Source: Marsupella aquatica
Lineage: Eukaryota > Plantae > Marchantiophyta
NCBI GenBank assembly: GCA_973895155.1
Contig: OZ316895.1
Coordinates: 15,692,816-15,756,815, forward strand
DNA: 64,000 bases
Reading direction: 5' to 3'
Shown here: positions 47,750-60,785 of the stretch, piece after piece
Position numbering within the stretch: position 1 is the first letter of the stretch
How the letters are laid out: every line of letters starts with the position of its first letter
Notes under the pieces: generated by a model
What the model was told of the DNA's origin: nothing
Databases searched by the model: none
The model's input: the letters and a program-made list of their open reading frames with translations, nothing else
Translations under genes and position numbers: made by a program

Positions 47750-49138
47750 ACCTGCATTGCATACAAAGTGCCAAATTATTGTCAGTCGAAAGAACGATTA
47801 CAAACCCCTAAGGAAGACTAGGCAAGCTAGGGGTGGGAGGCAAGTGACAACAAAGGTAGAGCCAAAGTACAATTTGTTTGGTGTGACTGAAGAGAAAGAC
47901 CATGCAGCCCAAAGAGAGGTAGTTGCCTATGGTTTGTTACATGCTGACCATCACTTATTTTATGGTAAGGAAGTGCCCGATGGTTATTCTGTGATAGTTT
48001 GAGATTGTTTAGCAAGCCAAAGTATCCAATTTACCATTTCCAAACATGGTAGATGACCTGCCTCACATAGTTGTTTGAAGATGCAATTCAATCATTAGTA
48101 CCATGGCCAACAACTGAACATGAGGCACAAGAGTGTTGATTGAAATGACTATCAATGTCTACAAGCACTCAGGAAAGATGACATATGTAGCAGTTCCCCT
48201 TGCAGTAGGAATACTAGCACTAGGCACAGAATGCAGGTGTAGTGAGAGGTTACATGAGTATGCAATAGTAGGTATGCCATGTGAAGAGACTTGTATTATT
48301 GGAGTTGAAGCATGTGACTATTGGCTTACATTAGGCACGGATTTCAGGCTGTCTAAGTCAATAGCCACATGACTATGCAATAGTACTAATGTAATGTGAA
48401 GTGTTAACTGGACAAAGTAACTCATGGCTTTGCATGCAATGTTAAATGGTGATTTTTCAGTATGTTTTCTACTTTTCCACCTGTGCATGAATTTCTTCAT
48501 TGAACCTATCCAATTATGAACACAATGACCTTTTGATTGCCCTTGATGTTAATTCTCAGTATGTTTGTTATTGAATGTTCTTTTGAATCATAAATACTTA
48601 AATATTTATTGTGAATAGTGTGTTACCATTGTGAAGATTACCCAAAATGTATGGAAATCCTTAGCTATGTGCACACACTAGGCTTATAGTTCTCAAAATT
48701 TTATTATCTAAGACTCCTCTATATATTCCTTGAGTCCATTACAAGAACATAATATATAAGATGTTGATTATAACATATATCATTGTAAATGACTTTTAAA
48801 ACTCTTTGTTTAGTTGTCATAAATTGCACTCCTATCGTTATGTATGACCATTTGAGTCCTAAAAATTGACTGCATAAGTAGTTCAAAATTATGACTCTAG
48901 GAGCCCTTTCATATAACCAACTTAGTCATTATTTATGAGAGCTGCCACAATGTTGGTTGTCATAGATTACATGAGTTGTTGCATATTACTAAGGCCTAAG
49001 TCATTCTTATGACTTAGTGGGTTGAGTCACAAAACTTATAACGCATACTCATAAGAATGACTACAGGAAAATTGAGTCATACAATAGTCATACCATAGTC
49101 CTAACAATGGGCAGAATTAGGGGTCTTTTCTACTAGAT
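47750..49138 (+). mobile_element. Degraded CACTA (En/Spm)-like remnant
   Basis: VVAYG..H..FYGKEVPDGYSVIV...LPFP...D...WP across frameshifts resembles the transposon-associated TnpA/DUF8039-type C-terminal domain. TGAC/GTCA-rich subterminal repeats at 48790-49100; end ttttctactag resembles a CACTAGTAGAAAA terminus. Confidence 0.45.
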
Positions 49139-51361
49139 CGTGGGGGAGGGAACTAAAAAAAAAGGGGAACCAAAAAACAATCCCATAGCACCACAAGATT
49201 GACTGTGGACCTGCACCTAGATCCAGGGCCTGCAATGCCTTGTTGCCATCAACCATCACGTGCTCCTCTCCCCCTCCCATGAGCTTGCCCTCCAGGACCC
49301 ACATCATGTTTTTAGCAAAAACATTGACCAAAGTGAACATTTTGGTAGCAAGAACCACTCAGCCAAATTGATGATTGAGACTTTGGCAACCATAGCATCA
49401 CTACACCAACACAGCCAAACAATAACATTTCCTTGCAAGTCTCACGTGCACTTATTTGCCTTGCCTAAATGTTGCAATGCTCTGACACTGAGCTCGGCAA
49501 CAGCAACATGGCCACAATGACCACATCGCCGCAACCACCTCTTGACCGGGATGACCGTATCACCATATTGACAACGTGGCGGCTGTAAGAACACCTGAGA
49601 TGTCTCAACAACCTCCTTGTCTCATGGGCATTTCTTTGTCTTGCCTGTATTTCTTTGCGTTGCCTGCATTTCTTTGTCTCCCTTGTCTTTCTTTGCCTCA
49701 CCTTGACATCTTCCCCTCACCCTCTACATCTTTGACTCACCTGAAACATGGACATCTTTGACTCACCTAGCCTCAACTTCTCATTAATTTGCAACATGTG
49801 GGCATTGGGCTAGTCCCACGATAAGTGTCCAGAGCACCTAAAATTGTTGGTGATTTGTAAGTCTAAGTTAGCTCATCTTTTGGCAAGATAGGATGGGAAG
49901 AAAGATAACACGACTCGGAAAGATTCGAATGAGTCAGGTACATCTCACTGACTTCGTGTCAAAACCAGCTGCTAGGAAAGAAGGAGTCTTCGACAGCAGA
50001 CCTAAATTTCACGAGTGTTTGAAATTGATGTCCTTTGTGAAATGGCAGCCTACAGTAGAAATTTCGCGATTCTTAACATTTTCTCTTTGGTTTGATACTC
50101 GGGAAAGTGTAATCGTGTCTTTCCGTTCTCAGTGGGCAAGTAATCTGCCATTACCGTCTGTGTATCTTTCTCCGGTACAGAAAAGCAATCCTCACTGTTC
50201 AGTTCGCTTCGTTGGGCAGAAAATGGAAACCACATGAGATGCTTTCAATTCCAGACACTGCTGCGACAAACCGTCGTTCATGGTCATATTCCGCTAGCCC
50301 AATCGTTGATTAATGGACTTACCTTCTCGTCGAGTCGATTGGCAGCGTTTGAGTCTAAGCTTCGAAAATGAGGATAATCAATTCCGATTAATGCGGAGTA
50401 TATTTGATCACATTCATAAAAGAAAGTTGAAGGGTTCCTCTTCTGCACCTTCAGGAACTTGATTGTTCTTCAAGCTCTTCGGCGATACTACTAAATGTTC
50501 CATTGATGCTCGTGACGGGTAGCTGAATTGTAATAATCTTGGAACTTATTGAATTTCTTGCAGCCAGGTCGGAGGCACCAGAAGTGATGCAGGAATAAAG
50601 AATGAACAATTCTGAGCCAATACGCACAATTAACTGCAAACAACAGCTCTGGTGTGACCTATAGGCACCAAACATGGGAGTGATACAGAATTTGGACACG
50701 GGGGTTTTGGAGAGCATGGTGGAAACAACAGCACAATGGTAGGACAACGTGAACTCATACCTCCATCTGGTGAACTGAATAACTTAATTCCTCTCGTCGT
50801 CTCGTAGCTATTTAGATTTGGGCTTGACGACGTAGTGCATTCATACTGTACTATGACCAGTCCAGCTGGAAGGACAGTATCTCCTCACAAATTGTCCCGT
50901 CAGAACTTTGGCAGGATGTAGTAAAGGCTGTACTGGAACAGGGGTGGATCCAGGAGGCACTTCCGCATTCATTCAATAGTCATAAGACGGCAGGAGTACT
51001 GTTTAATGAGAACCCATACAATTTGGCAACTCTCCGATAATCCGTCAAAATTGTCTTTGACTGGTCCTCTCCTAGGTGCAAATTATGGTAACACGATACG
51101 AGCCAGTGTCGTCTGCCTTTGACTTATTTGTTTCGATAGGCTGGTGTTCATCAAAGCGGGGATAAATATCTATGCTTGGAGTTCCTTCTCTCGCTTAATA
51201 GTCGCATTATTCAGAACCCACAGATAGGCCATAAATCTGGACATCTGTTTTTGATATGTCATCTCAAGGATCATACTTGTCATGAATCCTGCCTTATTAC
51301 CAAGTAATGACAAAGAATAGAGTATTACTTTGTGGGTTGCTCCTACCTAATTTTGTCTGCC

Positions 51362-54300
51362 ATGAAAGAATTGCGAAGGCCATCTACAAAAATGACATCA
51401 GTCTGTCGTGCCAAATGTAGGAGTGTTGAAGTCGAGGCTGGTGGGCAAGAGGATAGGCAGGAGGAATCTAAAGCCAGGAGAAATGTGGAAGACGGAAGGC
51501 GACTGTTCTTCGTGGCTGTGCACGTGGGAGCCGGCTATCATGCACCCTCCAATGCGAAGGCTTATTGCAGAGCAATGCGCCGTGCTTGTGCTGCTGCTGC
51601 AGCGGTCCTTTCGCAAGTATGAGATTGTTAACTTGTTCCTAGCGCATCAAAAGTTTCACCAAGCTGACGCTTACATCGAAAGATCTCAAATCACCCTTTT
51701 GCATCTTGTGTCCTTGACCTACAGGGCTCAGGACGGAGTGTTGATGCAGTTGTCTCAGCCATAAAAGTACTCGAGGTACGACCCTTACATCAGTCCCATA
51801 GCATTTATTTAAACCTGAACCACCTTCAGAAGTATATAGGGTTGAGTGTTTGTATTCCTTGACAAACTTCATAAAGATTGATGTTGCTGAGACGTAACTC
51901 CTGTATACTGACAATTGAGACCTAGTTCTCGTTTTACAACCCAGTGCAAGGTGTCTAAATACCGTCCGTCGACGTGTATGGTTATGCAGGATGATGAGAT
52001 CACGAATGCTGGTAGGGGATCGAACCTTACTGAAGATGGAGTAGTGGAGTGCGATGCAAGCATAATGGATGGGCTCACAGGGGCCTTTGGAGCTGTCGGA
52101 GCAGCACCGGGTAGGTCTCAAGAAAGCTCATAGATGATGTTCTCTTAGTGCTCAATCGGAACAAGAGTGACTGGGTGACGAACGTAGGGCACACATGCTC
52201 GAAGTGTAGCGATTGAAGGTCAAAGGATGCCATACTGCTGACGTAGAACATATATGAAGGGATTCACGTGGTCATGCTGTCTGGAATTGCTTTTCTAACT
52301 TTGAAGGTGACAAGACAAACATCACAAATTTCTGAAGGGCTCGTTCTGTCATGCAACATGTGAGTGGTGTCTACAGGCATAAAAAATGCTGTCAAAGCTG
52401 CTGAACTACTAGCCAAGGAAAGTCTAGGTGGCTCGCTCCCATTAGGGCGGATTCCTCCCATGTATGTACGCTCTGCTCTTCCTGCTCTTTTCAGTAAGGC
52501 TGCCCTGATAATCAATAAGAGCACACTTTGTCCTTGGAACTGTCGCAAAGTGTGGACAAGTTAAAGGATGTTTTCTTAGTGTCAACTGAATAGCAGGAAC
52601 ATTTTGCCGGACTGAAAGCCCAGTGATGTTATTCCTCACCTCAGGGCTCTCCGGTCCAGCAGCGGTAACTCGGACCCTTGAGGACCTTGACGATCAGTGC
52701 TAAAGAAACGTTGGGAACAAAAACATTGTCAACGAAGGTCTAAGGAATGGAGGATATGATCTGCATGAAAGTCATAGCTGTTCAGGTCTAGTTATCCTAG
52801 TTACCGTACTTTCTTTCAGCTCTCGCAAACAAATCGATGAATTAGATAGAATGTTATGCGCTATCATATGCAGATTCTTAGTCGGAGATGGGGCTCGCGA
52901 CTGGGCTGTAAAGCGTGGTCTATCTGCTGCCAGAAATCCCGCAGAAGACGATCTGGTATAGTCAATCTGAGTTGAGATAATTTAGATTTGGACTTAAATT
53001 TTCCCTGTGTTGGGTGTTCCCTTTTCTAAAAGATTAGTAGGAGTCAAGTTAAAGACATTGCAAAAAGAAGTCATAGAAGAAGCTTTGTTCGACTGTGACC
53101 CATCTACAGTGTCAAACTCGTTGGTTCATCTTTGTTTTCTATGCAAGTTGGAAATTGAGTGCGAAGAACCCAAGATCTTTCAACCGTAAAGAATATCCAA
53201 CCTTTTCCCTTCTTGATTTTGAAAAACGTTGTCTCCTCGTCAGTTTAGGGTAATCCATGAATTGAAAAACGGCTATGCAATCCTTTTTTAGAAATTTTGT
53301 GAGGAAACAAGCTTCAACTTTCCATGTTTATAAAACGGAGATTGTCCTTCTAATTTATTTTTGGCTTGCCAGTCGCTTATAACAAAGAAAACTCGACATC
53401 AATGGGTGAAATACAGCAAAATGATTCATTCCTTGTCTACATCAACTCCACAAGAATATCAAAAAAGTGGCGGGAGTGCTTTGGAAGCGAAGGCGTTTGA
53501 AAAACCAGGTTTGCTTCTGATGCTGCTACCTGCAAAATGTTCACATCCAGCCACATAAATTCCTTAACAACTTCAGTGCTATTTGTTAGCTGGCCATGAT
53601 CCTCACAGGCAGGTTTTATTGCATGAACGTGAAACTCTTGTCTCGGGCTTGATACTGTAAGCTTTTAAGCTTACAACTACTCTGTAACTCGTCTCGAAAC
53701 AAAGAGGACAACGTTATCCCATAAGCAAGCCTGAAGGGCATTGAAGAGTTTTCTTTTGAGGAATACTTTTTTTCAACTTGCTGATCTACTATCTTCACTC
53801 ACCACGTTGCTGTGATTCCTTCCCAAAGTCTGCTGCTCTCTTTTAAATTAGCAGTTCTGCAGGAGAGTAATGAAGAGAACACTAACTTTGACCAAGGTAC
53901 TGGGAAGGCATGCAATGAGGTGGACAGAGATGACCTAGTGCTGGACACTGTGGGGGCAGTTTGTGTCGATGCTGAAGGAAACATTGCAGCTGGTGCTTCC
54001 AGTGGGGGTATTGCCATGAAGGTGAGAAACTTGTGTTCGTTTGATTATGTTCATCCAATTCGTCTGTGGTAGTGTGAACTAGAGGTTAAATCTGCATCCT
54101 TGTTGATGTGCTTTCTTTCTTGGGAACCGACATGAGAGCATGAACTTATCCCAGTTCGTTATTCAGCATATTATCATATGTCGCGAGTCCTGTTACTCCC
54201 GTCTTCCCAGCTGCCAGAGTCGTCATTCTGTTTGATCGTACTCCTTTCTGAGTAACATTGTACAGTTCTGTCCCAGTGTATGGGTAGCATTTCAAAAGCT

Positions 54301-56730
54301 GACATTTGAGTGTCATGCTAGAAATCTTCATTTCAGTGTCAATAATTTTCTATAGGGTACCTTTTGATGCTCCGTAACGGACAATAGCAGTAATGACGTT
54401 TGCCTTCATATCTTTTCATCTTAACACGTGTTGCATTTATCATCATAAACTTTTTGGGGATGATACTGATTTACTTCTGTGATCAGGTGAAGGGCCGTGT
54501 GGGCTTGGCTGCATTGTACGGATGTGGATGCTGGGCGAGCTCCAAACTGCCTCGCGATGGATCGTCAGATGGTTCCTCAGTTGGCTGTAGTGTAACAGGT
54601 GCTGGAGAGCATATAATTCGAGCCTTGGCAGCGCGAGAGTGCTGCTCTTCTGCCAGCAAGTAAGATCATGAAATGGTAGAAGGTTTCGGTGCTCTCTGTC
54701 CATGTTGACCATAGGTTTGCAGAATGATCTGCTGAGGAAGTGCCGTTAGAACACCAGCACTTGGCTCAAAGAGACCCTGGAATCCTGCCACCAGTCAATA
54801 TCTTCGTAGCTCTTGCTTGACCAACTCCATTGCATAAATCATTCACCTCTGCTTATACAGCCAAGGTTTTTCACACTAGTTCAGAACCAATACCCATTTG
54901 GAGGTGCTAGGGTTGTGTCCACATTTTGTGCACAAAAGATTGTATTTCTCCTGGAGTCCAAGAAACTGTACCATATTCGCTACACATTATTGTAAGCTGC
55001 ATTTTATGGGACCTAGAGCCATTCAATTAGTAAAGAGTGAAATTATAAGTGTTATGAGAATCTTTAGTGTCTTCACTGTATACTGAACTCTGTACAACGT
55101 CACTGAGAATAAATAACTTGAATTGGAGTAAGTGTACAATCAACTCAGTTCTCTTCCCAGAAGTAGTGTCAAATACCTTTGGGAAGCATGTGTCTAAGCC
55201 GAGGGACAGTCATCTGCTCTCTTTCCTCGTCTATTAACTAACTACTGAGCCTGTATCTTATTTCCTGTAAACTTCCAGGTCAGAGAGTGGACCAGCGCCA
55301 GCCTGTGAAGCATGTGTCTAAGCCGAGGGACAGTCATCTGCTCTCTTTCCTCGTCTATTAACTAACTACTGAGCCTGTATCTTATTTCCTGTAAACTTCC
55401 AGGTCAGAGAGTGGACCAGCGCCAGCCTGTGAAGACTTTCTTCTTGGTCTCATGGACCAACGGGGAAATTTTGGAGGGAAAAATGATGCAGGGGTGTTAC
55501 TTTTGCAAGCAGACTCATCGTCTCAGGTGAGTGTGTATGATTGATTGGCTTAAGTGGAGTCATGCACAAGTTCTAGCGTTCTAGCTGTAGTGCTTGAAGA
55601 CTTATGTTTGTGTTCTCATAGTAACTGGATCCGCTCATAACAGACTATCTGATGGAAAGTTGTGACAAGTTTTTTAGAGAATGCATTCGGACAGTTTTGG
55701 ACACCCATTAGAACCAGTCCCATCCTGTGTCAGAAGTAATTTTGGCAGATCTTTTTATTTCTTTTTGTTTTCCGTTCTTTTTCCTAGAGTGCTATCAGCC
55801 TCTGAAAGCACTGTGTTGGTTTGAGATATAGTTTCCTTCAGTCTTCACTGGAGTAGTAAAGTCCCATGCAAGATGTCTGGGAAACATAGCGAAAATTGAT
55901 GAAAGCAGCATGGAAGAGTTTCTGTCCTGACAACATAGCCATGTGGTTGTAAATGGTGTGGAAGTGCCGCAAAAACCAGGCTGTCTGACTGACTTGTATA
56001 GTTTTATCCGGTTTGTATGCTGTGTTCCAACCCAGTATTGTACAACTGGGCCAAGGTTGGATGCAGTGGAGCTTGTGGCGGCTTTCACGTCTCAATCATT
56101 TGGAGTCGGTTATTTTGGAAGTCCGATGAAAGCACCCAAGGTTTATATCTTACCTGGGAAATCGAATTTGTCAGTTCCTGGGGGCCCCTGAATCTTTTCT
56201 AATCATGTTTCGGGATGATAACCTACAACGTGATGGTATAACGAGTCAACAGCTTGTTGGGAAATTCTGTCGGATCCTTCGACACTGCTTAAAGCCCAGA
56301 CGGTGTTCTTGTGAGAAGCATGACACAGATATTCTCGCAGTTCTAAAAATAAATTAATGCCTGATGGTGTAGTGCACAGGTCGGTGACTGATGCATTTTG
56401 AGTAAGAAAATCGGGCTTGCTAGTTCGACTTTAGCTGTTTAGGAGGAAGCACCACACTGTTGAATTTTGACTGGTGCTGACAAGTGGACTAGTCCATTGC
56501 CATCCCTTGCAGCGTTCTTTCTTTCAGTCTAGCCTTTCCAATACTTTTCTTGTTGCTCTAGAGTGTAATAACTTCTATAATCTAGCTCAGTACATCTTGA
56601 TGTTGGTCTTACATTCAGTGTATGTCGTGTAATGACGGAGTAGTTATCTGCTGTGCAGACCACAATTCTGAGAAGACCTCAAGGGGACGAGGTGGGCCTC
56701 TTTGCAACACATTGTATGCTCCCTCGGTGA
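51362..56730 (+). CDS. TASP1: Threonine aspartase (taspase-1-like Ntn hydrolase), ~457 aa, 11 exons
   Basis: Exons 51362-51616, 51725-51775, 51990-52110, 52377-52461, 52874-52955, 53373-53508, 53852-54021, 54487-54659, 55403-55526, 56036-56140, 56659-56730 (1374 nt, all GT-AG). Motifs [31 protein letters not shown], autocleavage site LD|[25 protein letters not shown]. Start codon uncertain. Confidence 0.93.
55183..55434 (+). repeat. Exact 124-bp tandem duplication spanning the intron 8/exon 9 junction of the taspase gene
   Basis: 55183-55306 is identical to 55307-55430, with GAAG microhomology at the junctions. Confidence 0.95.
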
Positions 56731-57729
56731 GAACTTGGTCTATGAAAACACTCAGGGGAATAGCATGTAGTCCTCTTCTTACTGCATTGCTTCCTGTCAA
56801 GTGCGATGAAGGGTTCTACATATTAGGCTCTCTCACTGGTACGGGTGAAACAAGTGGACACAAAAGGATTTCTTGGACTCAGCAGATCTTTGTAGCTTCT
56901 GTGTGTACTCCCATTAGGATGAAGTTAAAGACCTGCCTGTTCGAAATTCCGAGTGTCCTGGACTGTTCAATAATTTTAAATCACTCGTTGATTCATTGCA
57001 AGCCGAGTGAGATCGTTGTCGCAGAGATAAGACGTTGGCCGTCGTTTCAAAATGTCTGCTTCGGTGTGTATTGAGACAGTTTTCCTCCCCCAAAACTACG
57101 GGAATGATAAATCTATCTATACGTTTATTACTTCACCTAGATGTGTCCTATCAGTGCCCTTCCATTGATTTTAGCAAGAGGACACAGCTTGATATTCTGA
57201 CTCGCGATCAAGAGAGGCAGTTTTTTTTTTCCTTTCACCCCTTCACCCCAAAACGACAATTGAAAAAAGTAACGCCATTGACAAGGGTTTTACAGGAGTA
57301 CTTGAGTGAGTATTTTACATAATCCGATGGTTGTATGCTTTTCTACAAGCTTTCAGGTCCTACTTGGCTGATGAACAACCAATGTCAGCAAGGAGATTGC
57401 AGTTTATTCTGTCCGCCACCTGATCGACAAGATGTGGATTTGCTCTTACGATGCGATAAAACTCCATTTTATTTCTAGTTTCCTTCCGCAAGATAGCATT
57501 TTGAACAACTACTACGGAGCTCTAAAATCCACCACCAACATGATTTTCGCCACCACTCAAATGCCAATCCTCATATAAAAGGTATAAACCTGGCGGATCC
57601 AGGTCTGATGAGGGACGCTTTAACCGTGATTGGTTCCCGCAGAATTGCAAAATCAGTCGGTTGTTGGGTGGGAAATGAATTGTGTGAATCATCAAAATTA
57701 GACCACACCTGGGAGTAAATGTGGATTTT

Positions 57730-58200
57730 CTACCCTATAATGCCAAGCCTTAAATCAGTCAGGTGTAGGGTGGATGCTCTACTCGATAATGCAAAGCCTT
57801 TCTGCAAGAATGGCTTTGCAGGGTCCTCAGGGACTCCTTGGTCCCACATCCGAGCCCACCATTACTCCTCTGAGAGCTAGGGGTCAACCGTAGCTCTCAT
57901 TATAGGGCTCTAATTAGTGAGTGATGGCTGGGCAATGGTGACGGGCAACTGCTAGGCAGATCTACAAGGTATGGGTCTCCTTTGACATGCTGACATATAA
58001 CTGGATCCTCAATGTGCTTCTAGAAATATTACGTGCTTACTGGCTGCCACACTAGATTGTAATGTGGAGATCGATCAAATGCCGTCAAGGTGCAATCAGA
58101 ATTTGTTCACACATCTGGCAGAAGAGAGAGGGACGTGATGAGGTGGTGGCTGGCTACGCAGGAATGCCTGCACAAAAGGATGGAGTGACTGGCTAGGCGC
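57730..58200 (+). pseudogene. Possible degraded PPR-gene fragment
   Basis: Fragmentary translations such as ARQIYK...DMLTYNWILN resemble a PPR motif; many stops and frameshifts. Confidence 0.3.
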
Positions 58201-58575
58201 TGCATGCTCAAGTGTGTGATCATGGAACACTGACGTTCATCCCAGGTAGGAATGAACAGTACCAGGCAGGGGAGGGGGCCCTCTTACAATAATATGGGCA
58301 GTTGTGGTTTCGAGAAGTTTGGACTCATTTTTGCAAATCCCAACATACCTCTGCATGTAGGTGGGCCCAGATGTTATGGCACCCCATGAAGACACCTAGG
58401 TTCAGAGCACACCAATTTGGCCAAGGATTTGCACCTAGCCATATCCTGGGAAACTGAGAGGAGGGAAGGTAAGGAGGGGTAGCTATGGACGGGGTAAAAT
58501 AGAGGAAGGTGATCTTGCATGCAAGTAAAGACGTCCTCAATCAAAGGAAGCATAGCGGTTGTTTCTGGTTGAGAA

Positions 58576-58810
58576 AGGCTATAGAAGTGTCGGACCTTAG
58601 GTAAAGGTGTCGTTGGGGGTTGGGGAGGTGGCCTCATGTGAGGGAGCCTGCTTGGAAGGGGTTTTCTGTTTAAACCACCACTGGCCATATAAAAGGAGGT
58701 TGAGCTGGGCTATAGAAGTGTGGGACCTTAGGTAAAGGGGGCTGGGGAGGTGGTGTCATGTGAGAGAGAACACTTGGAAGGGTTTTCTGTTTAATTAAAC
58801 CACAACTGCC
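58576..58810. repeat. Diverged ~130-bp direct duplication
   Basis: ggctatagaagtgt.ggaccttaggtaaagg...ggggaggtgg..tcatgtgag...cttggaaggg.ttttctgttt occurs twice. Confidence 0.75.
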
Positions 58811-59018
58811 CTTCAAAAGCTACGGGTTACCTGTAGTTACCATTAAAAGGAGATTTTTCCTGAAATTGTGGCGCAAACTGGCATGCTAGAGGAGAACAAT
58901 GATTGAAATGTGGTAAAAGGGGGAGGTCTTGGACACTTCCCCTTATATAGGGCAAGTTGTGGTTTAAGAACTTGTGAGTGGATTTTAAGAAGTCTGCAGA
59001 GGTGCTGAACTTGATCAC

Positions 59019-59239
59019 AGTCCATCATTTACTACACCAAGCACCCCTTTGGATGTAGATTGCAGTCTAATTTAGTCCATCATTTACTACACCAAGCACC
59101 CCTTTGGATGTAGATTGCAGTCTAATTTAGTCCATCATTTACTACATAAAGCACCCCTTTGGATGTAGATTGCAGTCTAATTTAGTCCATCATTTACTAC
59201 ACCAAGCACCCCTTTGGATACAGATTGCAGTCTAATTTA
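59019..59239. repeat. 55-bp minisatellite, 4 near-identical copies
   Basis: Unit agtccatcatttactacaccaagcacccctttggatgtagattgcagtctaattt at 59019, 59074, 59129, 59184. Confidence 0.95.
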
Positions 59240-60317
59240 TCACATCTGGCCTGCCTGCCTGGCTGATAACTCAGCTTGGGCCTCTATGCCATGTCAGCAA
59301 CTTGGGTCTTCATTGTTAACAAAGCTCAGGCAAAGAAAGATCAAAATTAAACAAAAAAAGCCTTCAGATTTTATTTTTGACAAGATCAAATATTAGTGCC
59401 TCTTTGCGCAACAATGTCACTCTCACTAAAAGTGTTATGTTGAGTGGTGGATTTTATTGCATTAATGACCAACAAATCTTGCAAGCCTACCTGCTTGGCG
59501 TCTAACACATTTCAAGTCAAGCTAGAAAATCCTGGATCTAACTTGAAAAACATTATCATCCTACAATGCATCCTACCTGTCCAGCAGATAGCAGAATTTG
59601 TGGACTTGGCTGAGGACAAGTTCAAAGCCTCCAACTTTCATCAGAGGTAGTTATTGAAGCCTCAATTTCCAACTCAAAGTTGATTCTGTCCCAGAAACGT
59701 AACCCTGGCTTCCTCCTTCTGATTCACAAGATGCTTAGCAACACCTAGATTGAGCAAAAACTAGATCAGTTTTTAAACTAACGCTGCCCAATGCCCTTTG
59801 CAACTCATTCTGCAAGGAGCCGATGTGAATGTTCATGCTATGCTTTATGCAATACTAGAAGTGTGCAAAGGTGCAACATTTGAGTCAGTTCTCAATTGTG
59901 CGCTGGCCCCTTGAGTTTGTTGTAGTCTGCATGTGCTTTACTGGGAGGATGCATATCCATCTATGATGCTTAGCTCTTTGCCCATTTCCCTCTCTATAGC
60001 TACAATTTGACCCTTTGCTGCAACACCATCATTCTGGAATAAACCAGTGCACCAAGGTACTTTCTTAAAAAAAAACTTCCATCAAAAATTCACCATGGAA
60101 GTCTTGCTCTCAGTGTACATTGTTGTGAGTCTCTTTGTGCCTAGTTACTACCCATTCTGAAAATTTAGTTGAATTGACACAGTGTAACTGAATCCCTGTA
60201 GTAAAGTATTATTGTTGACCATCATCTGCACTTCTTTCTATTTAGTGATTCAAATGCTGTTGGTTTATTCTACTACAGTAGCTCATAACATGTGCCTTGG
60301 CATGGCACAATAGTGGT

Positions 60318-60427
60318 ACTATATTTTATGAGAAACTTAATGAAGCCAATCATGACGCAACTTGCTCATGACCACTATATTTTATGAGAAACTTAATGAA
60401 GCCAATCATGACGCAACTTGCTCATGA
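60318..60427. repeat. 56-bp tandem duplication
   Basis: actatattttatgagaaacttaatgaagccaatcatgacgcaacttgctcatga at 60318 and 60374. Confidence 0.92.
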
Positions 60428-60509
60428 GCACTAAGGTCTTCAACCATGGCATGTGTCTGGTCAAAACTTAGTCCAACATGAACCCAACCTAAAATTACTT
60501 GAGTATACA

Positions 60510-60785
60510 CATGCTAAAATTAGTTCAGCATAGATCAGATAATGCTAAAGCTGGGAGAGCATGGGTCCACTGCTAAAATTACTGCTCATGGACATTAGAA
60601 AAAAATTAGCTGAGCAAGGGTCCACAGCAAAAAATTAAACAAGTATCAGTCGTTGAGCACATGTGGGTCCGTTGCTAAAATTAGTTGAGGTTGGGTCTGC
60701 TGCTAGGATGTATCAAATATGGTCATCTGCTAAACCCAGGTGAGAATGGGGCCGCTTCTAAAATTAGCTGAGCGTGGGTCCATTT
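60510..60785. repeat. Degenerate ~30-bp tandem repeats
   Basis: gctaaaattagctgagcatgggtcc-like units repeated about 8 times. Confidence 0.65.

Noticed and set aside
56622-57074. 150-aa ORF as a separate gene or taspase C-terminus
   Set aside because: The last taspase exon is in another frame (56659-56730, TTILRR...); the ORF overlaps the intron and 3'UTR.
59019-59239. CRISPR-like array
   Set aside because: Contiguous near-identical units with no unique spacers, no cas genes, and a eukaryotic context.
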